A DNA stretch of 64,000 nt from Synergistales bacterium (GTDB lineage Bacteria > Synergistota > Synergistia > Synergistales > JAFGMB01): the NCBI GenBank assembly GCA_963666205.1, contig OY762654.1:1600001-1664000 (forward strand), written 5' to 3'. Positions 47,588 through 56,804 of this stretch are shown piece after piece; position 1 is the stretch's first letter, and every line of letters begins with the position of its first letter. Position numbers and translations under genes: made by a program. The notes below the pieces were generated by a model. It searched no databases, was not told the origin of the DNA, and saw only the letters and a program-made list of their open reading frames with translations.

Positions 47588-49879
47588 ATGCGTATTTACC
47601 ATAATATCAATTCCATGGTAACCCAGAACAGCCTCAAAACTAACGACAGTTCCCTTTCCAAGTCTCTTACCAGGCTTTCCACAGGTCTCAGGATCAACAG
47701 TGCTGCCGACGATGCAGCAGGACTCGCCATCTCCGAGAAGATGAGGGCCCAGACCTCAGGACTTGACCAGGCTGTGAGTAACTCCCAGGACGGCATTTCA
47801 CTCATCCAGACCGCAGAGGGTGCTCTTAACGAGACCCAGTCCATTCTTCAGAGGATGAGGGAACTCACCGTCCAGGCTGCCAATGACACCCTTACTTCCA
47901 ATGACCGCCAGGCTATGCAGGGTGAGATCGACCAGCTCACCGAGGAGATCGACCGCATTTCCGACACCACTACCTTTAACACCAAGAAGCTCCTGGACGG
48001 TTCCGCTTCTGCTCTGACCTCAACAGATAACGCCAATACAAGCGTTTTCGCAAGGGGTTCCGTAACCAATGAAGGCAACTACAAGATCTCCGTTGATCTT
48101 CTTGAAGCAGGTGTTGGCCAGGTTCAGAAGAGCGACGTTTTCACCATAAAGTCTGATGTAGATGCAGTAGTTGACAAGACAATTGACTCCAGTGCCGGAA
48201 TTACCCAGATGGACGCTTCAAGTCTGGCTTATGATACCTATACCATTAAAACAGACGCTTCTGAAGCTGCAGCTGGAGTAGCATTCGCAATCACAGATTC
48301 TTACATTCAGAATACTGGTGGCGGAGCGACCGATATCTTTGATGGAGATCTTGCAATAGGGTCAAATGCTGTGGATATCAATGCTTCCATTTCGATGGAA
48401 ATTACCGATATCACCGGTGCGGATGTTACTGTTGCGTGGGAAAGTTATGAAATGGCTGCTGATGGAACAACCACCACTTACAGTGGGACCTATACCTGGG
48501 ATTCCGATGGAGCAGATGCTGCTGATGTGGTTTTTGGTACCGTTAAACTGGATATTGCAGGTGGTGGTGGTAGCGGATCAGCCGATATTACAAACCTTAC
48601 TGTTGGAGATAAAAGCATCATAACGCAGTCCGGAGACAACGGAACTGCTGCCCACGATGCCATTACTGTTACTCAGGGAACGGCTGATGCTGCGGCCAAG
48701 TTCGTTTTTGCCGAAGATCAGTTTGACAATGGTACTGCCACAGTCAGCATGTACACAATGGATGCTAATGGAGAAGTTTCTGAGGGTACAATCAGTTTCG
48801 AATTCGGTTCAATGGTTTCTACAGATCCGGCCGCATCTTTTACATATGGCATGTCCGAGGGTGATGTGGCGACTTCAAGCACAACCCTTAAGAACGTTGA
48901 TGCATTCTACGATGCATCAGGGACTTTTCTGCTTGAAGACCCCCAGACCCTTACCATAGTGCAGGGCGATGGACAGAAGGCAACCGTAACCCTTTATGCT
49001 GATGATACTTTGGGCGATGTAGAAACAAAACTTAACGATGCCCTGAAGTCAACCCTTAACCAGGGTGATTATGTCGGTCTTGCAGATAGCGAAAATCTCG
49101 TGCAGTTTATCGACAAAGGTGAAGTTGTTGCCAATACCAATTTCTCAACCAATGGAAACTTTGTTATCAGCAGTGCTGTTACCGGAGCGTCTGGTGAATT
49201 TAATTTCATTGGCGATGAGGCCCTTATAAATGCTATGGGACTTACCGAGATCCAGGCAAGCCAGGAAAACCGCTTCTCACTAGATGTTACTGACGCCCAG
49301 ACAGGGTCTTTCATTGCAAGCGGAGTTGAGCTCACAAGCAACACCCTTGTTGGTGTCGTGGATGCCAACGTGGATGTCCAATTCGACAAAATGGCAAATA
49401 CTGCAGTTTCCTGGGATTCCACCAATAAGGGATGGACAGTGGCAAGTGATACGGGTTCAACCGACATCAACATACACATCGCAGCCCATTCCACCAGGTT
49501 CCAGATCGGCGCAAATGAAGGCGAAACCATGAGCATCGATCTTGGCAATATGTCAGCTGCCGCCCTTGGTGTTGCTAATATTCTTGTTACCGATCTTGAC
49601 AGTTCTTCCCGCTCCATAACAGTTCTTGACAATGCTATCAATAAGGTATCCAAACAGAGGGCGGGCCTGGGTGCTTACCAGAACCGTCTTGAGCACACCA
49701 TCAATAACCTGAGCACGGCCAGCACCAACCTCACTGCTGCCGAAAGCCGTATCCGCGACGTTGACATGGCTGCAGAGATGACCGAGTTCACCAAGAACCA
49801 GATCCTCATGCAGGCTGCCAATGCCATGCTTGGTCAGGCGAACCAGCTCCCACAGCAGGTCCTCTCTCTTCTCAGGTAG
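47588..49879 (+). CDS. fliC: Flagellin (763 aa, large variable domain)
   Basis: MRIYHNI...[26 protein letters not shown]-terminal [26 protein letters not shown]...QVLSLLR. ATG 47588 follows AAGGAGG. Confidence 0.97.
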   Translation: MRIYHNINSMVTQNSLKTNDSSLSKSLTRLSTGLRINSAADDAAGLAISEKMRAQTSGLDQAVSNSQDGISLIQTAEGALNETQSILQRMRELTVQAANDTLTSNDRQAMQGEIDQLTEEIDRISDTTTFNTKKLLDGSASALTSTDNANTSVFARGSVTNEGNYKISVDLLEAGVGQVQKSDVFTIKSDVDAVVDKTIDSSAGITQMDASSLAYDTYTIKTDASEAAAGVAFAITDSYIQNTGGGATDIFDGDLAIGSNAVDINASISMEITDITGADVTVAWESYEMAADGTTTTYSGTYTWDSDGADAADVVFGTVKLDIAGGGGSGSADITNLTVGDKSIITQSGDNGTAAHDAITVTQGTADAAAKFVFAEDQFDNGTATVSMYTMDANGEVSEGTISFEFGSMVSTDPAASFTYGMSEGDVATSSTTLKNVDAFYDASGTFLLEDPQTLTIVQGDGQKATVTLYADDTLGDVETKLNDALKSTLNQGDYVGLADSENLVQFIDKGEVVANTNFSTNGNFVISSAVTGASGEFNFIGDEALINAMGLTEIQASQENRFSLDVTDAQTGSFIASGVELTSNTLVGVVDANVDVQFDKMANTAVSWDSTNKGWTVASDTGSTDINIHIAAHSTRFQIGANEGETMSIDLGNMSAAALGVANILVTDLDSSSRSITVLDNAINKVSKQRAGLGAYQNRLEHTINNLSTASTNLTAAESRIRDVDMAAEMTEFTKNQILMQAANAMLGQANQLPQQVLSLLR

Positions 49880-49910
49880 CATCCTGCACCATACCTGTAA
49901 GTAAAACCTC

Positions 49911-49945
49911 AACGAGGCGAGCCCACTGGCCCGCCTCGTTTTTTA
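49911..49945 (+). terminator. Flagellin terminator
   Basis: AACGAGGCG-loop-CGCCTCGTT followed by a T-run. Confidence 0.8.
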
Positions 49946-50382
49946 GTGTTTTGGTATTTTTTGCCAGGATGGGCTAAAGCCCATAAATTCCATCAGAAGT
50001 ATTTCCGATTGCGGATTCGGGATTGAAAAACTCAAGTCAAAAGAAGGAAACCTTCTTCGCCGCAAAGCTGCGGAGGACGAAAAGATTAACTCTCACCGTG
50101 GCAATACTGGACAAAATGATGGGACATTGTAATCGATGAGAATCATTTGAAACGAATCGGCAGGATTGGGTTCAGCCTATCCTGCCTTTAAATTTTCATG
50201 AAATATCCACCGCAAATTGGCATTCAACTAAGTTAAGGCGAACTTACAATTCATCCAACATTTATTCCATGTTTTTGGGGAAGAAAAATTCGTTTTTAAA
50301 AGAGTTTTCAGAGAGAGGTGTTTTCGAAAGTAACAAAATTGTAAATTAATGTCTGTTTAGTTAATATAATGAATGAAATCGG

Positions 50383-50410
50383 TTGACAGTATATGAAGTA
50401 TATGTTTAAT
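50383..50410 (+). promoter_or_regulatory. Putative sigma70 promoter upstream of the riboswitch
   Basis: TTGACA (50383)-N16-TTTAAT (50405). Confidence 0.5.
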
Positions 50411-50461
50411 TATAGAGGCACTATATATAGGGATTTAATTTTGCTGTTCACAGAATGAGAG

Positions 50462-50548
50462 AGTTGAAAAAGGCAAAACCGTCGAAAGGCGGTGACGCAA
50501 AGCCACGGATCTAAAGCCTTGTAAGGTCATGGTAGCCGGGTTGCCGAA
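50462..50548 (+). ncRNA. Cyclic-di-GMP-I (GEMM) riboswitch
   Basis: GGCAAAACCGTC-GAAA-GGCGGTGACGCAAAGC...GATCTAA...ATGGTAGCCGGGTTGCCGAA matches the GEMM-I consensus (GNRA-capped P2, ACGCAAAGC junction). Confidence 0.9.
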
Positions 50549-50571
50549 TATTATGAGAAACGATGTTCGGT

Positions 50572-50607
50572 ACGCCTTTGGTTTGATATTCCCCAAAGGC
50601 GTTTTTT
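50572..50607 (+). terminator. Riboswitch expression-platform terminator
   Basis: ACGCCTTTGG-loop-CCAAAGGCGT plus T-run, between the aptamer and the ORF. Confidence 0.8.
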
Positions 50608-50718
50608 ATTCATCCGATACCAGGATAAAATAACTTGTTTTAAATAACGTTATTTATGTTAGAATAAGTTTCATGTTAAGCGATGAACAATTTCTCAAAT
50701 TCTAGGGATGGTGAAAAT

Positions 50719-51213
50719 ATGTCCATGTACTTTTATTATGTCGGGCGATCTGTAAGGATCACTCTGCTTGACCCAGACAACTATATCTACATGGAACGGG
50801 TCAGGTGTCTTGCTTCCTTTGTTTCTGAAGCAGTGGAAAAGTGGGAGCGGTCTTGCGATCCATCTTTAAAAAGTACAGATTTGCCAAAACATCTTGCCTA
50901 TGTCCTACGCAAGCTTGCTGAAATGCTTCCTTATGACGATATCAAAAAAATCCCCGAGCAGAGTTTCTACAAAAACGCGTCTGTCCTTCTGCATAGTTCA
51001 GGTAAGACTAGGTCGGAACATGCTTTGAAGATACTTTGCGAAGGTTTTGCCAGGATCCAGAACCGCCTGGACCATGGACTTAAACCCTTTGATACCTGGA
51101 CCCTGATGCCTATATTGGAGATCCAGCAAACAGGAATAAAGGATTCTGTTGCAGGTAAAAGGATGTCCTTTCTGGAACGGAAAGACAAAACCCCATTGCT
51201 TCTGGCCAATTGA
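50719..51213 (+). CDS. Hypothetical protein downstream of the c-di-GMP riboswitch
   Basis: ORF (track start 50683); GGATGGTGA RBS favours ATG 50719; no recognisable domain. Confidence 0.7.
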   Translation: MSMYFYYVGRSVRITLLDPDNYIYMERVRCLASFVSEAVEKWERSCDPSLKSTDLPKHLAYVLRKLAEMLPYDDIKKIPEQSFYKNASVLLHSSGKTRSEHALKILCEGFARIQNRLDHGLKPFDTWTLMPILEIQQTGIKDSVAGKRMSFLERKDKTPLLLAN

Positions 51214-51238
51214 CTGGATAAAAGGAGAAAATATTTCC

Positions 51239-51263
51239 TAAAGGATCTTAATCAGATCCTTTA
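51239..51263. terminator. Hairpin between convergent genes
   Basis: TAAAGGATCT-N5-AGATCCTTTA. Confidence 0.5.
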
Positions 51264-51269
51264 TCGCTT

Positions 51270-51848
51270 TTACCCCTTGGGGTGCTGCTTTTTAGGGACC
51301 CTGGCAGTTTTCTTTTCTCCTTCAATGGCTTTACCGGTTTCCCGGGCAAGGTCCTGGAGAAGAGAGTCGTCCTCGGCTTCTGTCCCGCCGAAAAAGCTTT
51401 CGAGTTTTCCTCCTAGCTCATTCATGGGTGAAGGCAGGCCCCTGCGTTCCAGATCCTTGTCGAAAAGCAGTGCGAAAAGAACGCTTACAAGGCTGCCTGA
51501 ATTTATGACTCCCAGGTAATCCGTCTCCATTTCCTTGAGGTAGGGAAGGTAATGAGGCATTAGCTCATGGTCGGATGTGAGCTTAAGATATTTGATAAGC
51601 TTATTGGCAGGCAGGAATTCCGGATGGCGCATGGATTGTTTGAGAAGAGTAGTAAGATATTTGTAATTGGGAAAACTTGAACTTCTAGTGCCGTCGAGGC
51701 CTGATTTTTCCCAGTTGGCCACAGTCACATTGCCAACTTCCATGAGTTCTGCGAACTGAAGCTGGGTAAGGCCCAGACTCAGTCTGAGTTTACGTATGTA
51801 TTCCCCTGAAACAACGGGAGCAAATTTCTCTTTACCGTTGTTACTCAT
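51270..51848 (-). CDS. XRE-family helix-turn-helix transcriptional regulator
   Basis: IRKLRLSLGLTQLQFAELMEVGNVTVANWEK; GGGGAGGT RBS. Confidence 0.85.
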   Translation of the reverse strand: MSNNGKEKFAPVVSGEYIRKLRLSLGLTQLQFAELMEVGNVTVANWEKSGLDGTRSSSFPNYKYLTTLLKQSMRHPEFLPANKLIKYLKLTSDHELMPHYLPYLKEMETDYLGVINSGSLVSVLFALLFDKDLERRGLPSPMNELGGKLESFFGGTEAEDDSLLQDLARETGKAIEGEKKTARVPKKQHPKG

Positions 51849-52040
51849 AGCCGATATACCTCCCCTGAATAAAGTTATTATCCTAAATTATAATAAATTC
51901 TATATATTTATACAACTACTGTCCCAAGAATACTATACCAGGGTTAATTACGCACTATTCGTGAATAGTGGCATAAATTACGCTGTCATGATTATAAGTA
52001 TAATAACTAATGACTCTTTAAAAAACGTTTATTCAATGAA

Positions 52041-52616
52041 TTATGAACTCTGCTCAATATTGACTAATTTCATGAACTCATTGTCTTTGAGATCTGAAAG
52101 GTTCCTGTAGATGAGGTTCTGCTCGGGAAAATGGAGCCCTTCCCGGAAGGCTGCGGTCCTGATGGAATTTAAGAGATCCTTTCGCACAGTTTCCTCGAGG
52201 GGAAAGAGTTTTCTATCTCTGGTGAGGGTGTATTGTTCGTAGGTCTTAAGGCATGCCTTTTTGTATCCCCTGTTCTGGTCCCTGTAAAAGAAAAGAGCTT
52301 CGGTTGCTGAAATGCCTGATCTCTGAAGAACTTTCTCCAATATATATACGTGATCTTCGGGAAAAAAAAGGTCCCTATCGATCTGTGATGGGGCGAGAAA
52401 GAACCTTTCGCCTGCCAGTTCCCTGAAAATGGAGGCGAATTCTTGCAGGAAAATGTTGAAATTCTCAAGATCCCTGTTTCGAAGTGAGGCAAGCTGAACC
52501 TCTTTTTGCCACTCCTTCATCCTGTAACCTGGTTTCCTTCCAGAGAAACTTTTACCCTTCTTATTGGGAGGGGTATTTTTATCCTCTATGTTTTGAAGGT
52601 TTTCCGGATATTTCAT
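52041..52616 (-). CDS. Hypothetical basic protein
   Basis: 191-aa ORF with GGGAGGT RBS and an upstream sigma28-like promoter. Confidence 0.7.
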   Translation of the reverse strand: MKYPENLQNIEDKNTPPNKKGKSFSGRKPGYRMKEWQKEVQLASLRNRDLENFNIFLQEFASIFRELAGERFFLAPSQIDRDLFFPEDHVYILEKVLQRSGISATEALFFYRDQNRGYKKACLKTYEQYTLTRDRKLFPLEETVRKDLLNSIRTAAFREGLHFPEQNLIYRNLSDLKDNEFMKLVNIEQSS

Positions 52617-52658
52617 TGAGTGTACCTCCCTGCGGAAAAGATGGCTCCATACGCTTAA

Positions 52659-52685
52659 GTATCGGTATTTGGATGGGTTAATTTA
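52659..52685 (-). promoter_or_regulatory. Putative sigma28 (FliA) promoter
   Basis: Minus strand TAAA-N15-ACCGATAC, about 40 bp before ATG 52616. Confidence 0.7.
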
Positions 52686-52768
52686 AGGAAAAACAAAGAT
52701 AGAAGACAAAACTTTTCCCTTAATTCCGTCTGTGTTTCTGGCAGTGTTTGTGAGGGAGGTCGGGTATA

Positions 52769-53257
52769 TTGAAGGACATAAATAATGTAGTTGAGAATCT
52801 TGCCTTTGTAGATTCTTCCGGGAAATTCATAGATGGTGCGGATTTTGCGAACCTTAACCTGAAGTTTCCCAGGCTTGAGAGGCTTCTGGATGACATTATG
52901 AGAAGGAATGAATTTAGCCGTCTCATTTACCAGTCCAGAGAGAGCATGGGGGAGGTATGGATAAGAAGGCTAGACAGCAAAGGGAACTTCTGGAAAGTAT
53001 GGCAGGAAAGGGAAATAGATGGAGAAAGTGAGGAAAATCCCTCCATACGGTTCATCTATCACCCTGACCATGGTGTGGTCCGCCCTGTGGACTATGCAGA
53101 CCCTTTTGTTCAGCTGGAGGGGAACAGGCGCACGGCCCAGCTTCTCATCTCGTCTTTTCTTACCCACTGGCTTTCGGGAGTCCTTGTGCTTGCTGAGGAA
53201 AGAGATACTTTCAGGGGTCTTGAGGAAGTGGTCGAAATGGAGAGGGATCTGTTTTAG
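52769..53257 (+). CDS. Hypothetical protein, possibly DUF1249/DUF6908-like
   Basis: TTG start after GGGAGGT; G....NP.I.F...D...VRPV.Y....FL..WL pattern recalls that family. Confidence 0.6.
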   Translation: MKDINNVVENLAFVDSSGKFIDGADFANLNLKFPRLERLLDDIMRRNEFSRLIYQSRESMGEVWIRRLDSKGNFWKVWQEREIDGESEENPSIRFIYHPDHGVVRPVDYADPFVQLEGNRRTAQLLISSFLTHWLSGVLVLAEERDTFRGLEEVVEMERDLF

Positions 53258-53447
53258 AAAAGGAGCTCCTGGAGATTTCTCTCTATTCAGAATCATCCAG
53301 TACCTGACAGGCTTTCTCTGATGTTATCTATGGGCCCGAGGGAACTCCATATTTCCCTTTCCAAGTCCAAACCTAACAATATTGTTCAAACATGGTACCT
53401 CCCGGTCTATTATTCTTTGCCGGCTTGATCTGCTTAATATTCCAGTG

Positions 53448-54476
53448 TCAGAAAACCTCCCAGGAATTGCAGAATTCCCTTATTTCGGGATTCTTTCTGA
53501 TTTTTTCCATGCTTCTGTTCACAATGCTGCGGATATGCTCAGAACTCTTTCCGTAGACCTTGGCGATGTCAGCCAGTGTCTGGCATTCGTATATTCCCAG
53601 GCCGAAACGCCTGCATAGTACGTCAAATTCCTTTTTGTTGAGTTTGTCTCTCAGAAGATCCAGAGCTTCCTGGCGGAACAGCTGTTCTTCGTCCGGGGGG
53701 GCGTAAAAAGTTTCGCCCAGAGAATTGTCATCCATATAGCCGTTGCTGTTGCCCATTTTTTCAGGACTCAAAGAGAATGAACCCTTTCCCGATTCTTCAG
53801 GATAATCAATGGAAATAGTAGATGCCGATATCCTTACCAGGGCCTTGAGCCTTTCCAGGTCAATGTCCTTGGGAATAGATTCCAGTTTCCCCTCCTTGAA
53901 AGCCTGGATATGTTCCGACATGATATGCACAGAAGTTCCTGCATATCCAGGAACGCTGAATCCGTGACGGTGTTGTACCAGGGCGATCTTTATGCACTGG
54001 TATATCCAGGGTATCCCATAGGTGCTGAACCTGGTATTTCTTTTGTAGTCAAACCTTCTTACAGCTATCATAAGACCCAGAATGCCCTCCTGTACCAGAT
54101 CCATGAAGGATAGTATGCTCTGGTGGCCCATACGATCCCTTATCTTCTTTGTACAGGCTATGACCAGCCTGAGATTGGCCAGGACGAACTTCTGGAAGGC
54201 TTCTCTGTCGCCTTCCTCCTGAATGCGCCGCGAAAGTTCTTTCTCTTCTCGGGGAGTCAGGAGAGGTATGTTTCCTACCTGGGAGTGAAAAAGCTCGTAA
54301 ACTGTCTTAAGGGCTTCCCGGTCTTCTTCCGAGTCTACTGTGATCTCTATGATATCTCCTTCATCCTTTCCAGGCTGAAGTTCCAGAGATGTATCTATCC
54401 ATGAGGAATATGCCTCATGGGGTTTTCTTTCCTTTGACGACAATAATGATATGGTCCCCTGTTTCTTCCTTGACAT
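53448..54476 (-). CDS. Divergent RpoD/SigA-like sigma-70 factor
   Basis: PLLT..EEKEL (1.2), ANLRLV (2.1), DLVQEG..GLM.AV.RFDY.R..RFSTY (2.2-2.3), VL..RFGL....TL.DIA (region 4). Confidence 0.88.
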   Translation of the reverse strand: MSRKKQGTISLLSSKERKPHEAYSSWIDTSLELQPGKDEGDIIEITVDSEEDREALKTVYELFHSQVGNIPLLTPREEKELSRRIQEEGDREAFQKFVLANLRLVIACTKKIRDRMGHQSILSFMDLVQEGILGLMIAVRRFDYKRNTRFSTYGIPWIYQCIKIALVQHRHGFSVPGYAGTSVHIMSEHIQAFKEGKLESIPKDIDLERLKALVRISASTISIDYPEESGKGSFSLSPEKMGNSNGYMDDNSLGETFYAPPDEEQLFRQEALDLLRDKLNKKEFDVLCRRFGLGIYECQTLADIAKVYGKSSEHIRSIVNRSMEKIRKNPEIREFCNSWEVF

Positions 54477-54518
54477 TTTCCCGGCTCCTTCCCTGGATCC
54501 GTCACTGCTTTCTTTTAG

Positions 54519-54547
54519 TTATCGGCAGTAAGGAGGGGGGTAATTTA
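54519..54547 (-). promoter_or_regulatory. Putative sigma28-type promoter for the sigma factor gene
   Basis: Minus strand TAAA-N17-GCCGATAA: perfect boxes, spacer 1-2 nt longer than usual. Confidence 0.55.
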
Positions 54548-54643
54548 GCTTATCTGTATGAATCTGTTTAAAAGAACCCTCTTTTCCCATCTTCATTTAT
54601 AGGTTAGATTAGAAAATGAATATTAGACAGGGAGGGATGAGAC

Positions 54644-54961
54644 ATGGATAGAACCGGAAAGGTGATAAGAAAACTTCCTTCTCCTGAAGCTCTGAAAACA
54701 ACCAGTGCTCTCTATGACAGAAAAGGGAATCTTGCACAGACCGGAGAGACCACCGAAACAGCGAACCTGGAGCATATAGCTTATATCATGGAGAGGCTGT
54801 CTGCTCTCTACGGAAGAATAGTGGAGACAAGGGTCCTTCCCGGGGAGATAGCCTTCTCAGACGAAGATGGAGAACTTGTAAGGATCTCAGCAGTCAGGGC
54901 CCTGTCTATGGTAGAGGATATCCGTTTTCTCCTCTCCCCCGTCCTGGACCGTAAGGCCTGA
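54644..54961 (+). CDS. Hypothetical protein (105 aa)
   Basis: GGGAGGG RBS; divergent from the sigma gene. Confidence 0.65.
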   Translation: MDRTGKVIRKLPSPEALKTTSALYDRKGNLAQTGETTETANLEHIAYIMERLSALYGRIVETRVLPGEIAFSDEDGELVRISAVRALSMVEDIRFLLSPVLDRKA

Positions 54962-55221
54962 ATTGTGATTATCTTCATTTGATCAAAAGTCCATATTCAG
55001 CGGGCGTCTCTACGGGGCTACCCTTTCTTTTTATGATTTACTGAAGTACAACTTACGGTTTTTTGGATTAAGAAAGAAAAGTCCTGGTTGGCTAAGGGGC
55101 CATCTTGCCGACCAGATGATGAGAGAAAAGAGATGGTTCCTGTCAAGGGATTAAAAAGATTGATGTTGACAGGTGCTTTCTATGGACTTAGTCTTTCTTG
55201 ATGAAAGGGGTGAAGTCCTGT

Positions 55222-56091
55222 ATGCCGGAAAGAACAGCGGAAAAGGAATCTGAAGGTTTCCGAAGAGATCCTGAAACAAAGGTCAGGAAGCTTCTGCAGT
55301 CGGGAGGTTTGCCAAGTTACAGACTTGAGCGAATTGCCGGAGAAGGAGTATGTCTTGAGCTTATCCTCTATTCACCGGAACATCTTGCTGCAGCCAAAGA
55401 TCTGATAGATAAGGAATCTGGCCCTTTCCGAGGTTCTTCACAGACCTCTGTGAATTGTCGTCACGGAGACCTTTCTCCCATGGAATATGATATTTCCCTG
55501 GACGGAATTCCCTTTATCCTGAAGATGAATACCCTTTTCGGACAGGCCTTTTGCGCTGCCCTCTCTCACCTTGAGAGCGTACGAGGCCCCCTTTCGTCTA
55601 AAGAAAGGGAAAAGCTGAGAGAACAGGTGCTGAAGCTGGAGGGAGCTTTCTCGAAAAAAGGGTCCCCTATTCATGGAAAAAATAAGTCTCTTCGCAGAAA
55701 AAGATCTGCCCCGGATAGTACCGATACCCTTGATTATTATGAAGACCTGATCAATGTATCAGAGGTTATGCTCTATTTCCAGATTCACCCTTCAACCCTG
55801 GAAAGGTGGACCTCCCTTGCCGAAGATAAAGGCATATCCATTCTAAGGGATCCTGTGAATGGCGTAAGGGATGATGAGCTGCCTGAGGATCTTGTGCTGC
55901 TCATGGAGGTTCTCAGAGGCCTCAGGATACGGGATCTTCTGGATTTGAAGGAGTACATCTGCAGGAACCTGGAAAGCTGGGAAGACCTTTACGAAGCCTT
56001 CGAGACGGCCAGCTTGATGGGACTTTTCCCTTCGGAAAGCATTACACCCTTCAAGTTCGCCTGGGCTCTTATGGAGGCAAGAAAAGGCTGA
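55222..56091 (+). CDS. Hypothetical protein with internal MerR-like helix-turn-helix
   Basis: INVSEVMLYFQIHPSTLERW...G..I.RD motif; TTGACA-N17-TAGTCT at 55166-55194; ATG 55222 follows GGGGTGA. Confidence 0.65.
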   Translation: MPERTAEKESEGFRRDPETKVRKLLQSGGLPSYRLERIAGEGVCLELILYSPEHLAAAKDLIDKESGPFRGSSQTSVNCRHGDLSPMEYDISLDGIPFILKMNTLFGQAFCAALSHLESVRGPLSSKEREKLREQVLKLEGAFSKKGSPIHGKNKSLRRKRSAPDSTDTLDYYEDLINVSEVMLYFQIHPSTLERWTSLAEDKGISILRDPVNGVRDDELPEDLVLLMEVLRGLRIRDLLDLKEYICRNLESWEDLYEAFETASLMGLFPSESITPFKFAWALMEARKG

Positions 56092-56351
56092 GCATCAAAA
56101 CAAGGGACTGAAAAAGATGTTTGAGTGATACCCCATGATTCGGCCCCCCTATATCCATTGATAGCTCTTGGAGAACAGAACTGTTTCCAGGTAACAGGTT
56201 TCCCGATCAATACTCCAGTCTCATTGAATCTTGTGATGTGGCCGCAAATAAGGGGAGGAGTACGACTTTCCATACTGAAACAAGCGTCCTGGAGGTTTGT
56301 GTTATTTGAGAAAGGAATAAAAGCATCCGAACCCTTCAGGAGAGGTCGTTA

Positions 56352-56804
56352 TCAGGCTCTGGTATCAAGGCTGACAGTAACATGGCCGGGCCGGACAAAA
56401 CTTTTGAGTCTTTCAAGGATCATTTCCGACAGGAAACGCTGTTCTTCAGCCTGCCTGGAGAGGATGAAACTGATCTCCTTGATCGAAACGACCACAGAGA
56501 GAAGATTTCTGGATGATTCCTTGAGTCTGCAAGAACTTTCGTTGTCCAGGGCGGTGCATATTTCCTTCAACACGGGATTACATCCCAGAGTCTCGGCGAG
56601 TTTGGCTGCAGCCCTGTTTCTTTCAGCTTCTGCCAGCATGGCCTTTCCTGAAATTTCCTGGAGATGCCGAAGCAGTGCGGGCAGTAGATGGGGTTCGCCC
56701 CTTCTGAGGACTTCTTTCTCTTCCTGGAGAACTTCCAACAGCCCAATAAGGGCCTCTCTCTGTAAATTATTCTTTTCTATGAGGGAGTTCAGGAGTTGTT
56801 TCAT
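56352..56804 (-). CDS. flgN: Flagellar export chaperone FlgN
   Basis: Helical L..LL..L..EKE.L....AEAER...LA..LG pattern, C-terminal LDTRA; follows flgJ. Confidence 0.75.
   Translation of the reverse strand: MKQLLNSLIEKNNLQREALIGLLEVLQEEKEVLRRGEPHLLPALLRHLQEISGKAMLAEAERNRAAAKLAETLGCNPVLKEICTALDNESSCRLKESSRNLLSVVVSIKEISFILSRQAEEQRFLSEMILERLKSFVRPGHVTVSLDTRA

Noticed and set aside
50594-50620. CAAA-N15-TCCGATAC sigma28-like motif overlapping the riboswitch terminator
   Set aside because: Mismatches in both boxes, and the sequence is constrained by the terminator stem; cannot be distinguished from chance.
50683-56091. Prophage or ICE interpretation of the unknown-gene block
   Set aside because: No integrase, att repeats, replication, conjugation or structural genes seen; host-type regulatory signals are present. 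Remote mobile ancestry is not excluded.
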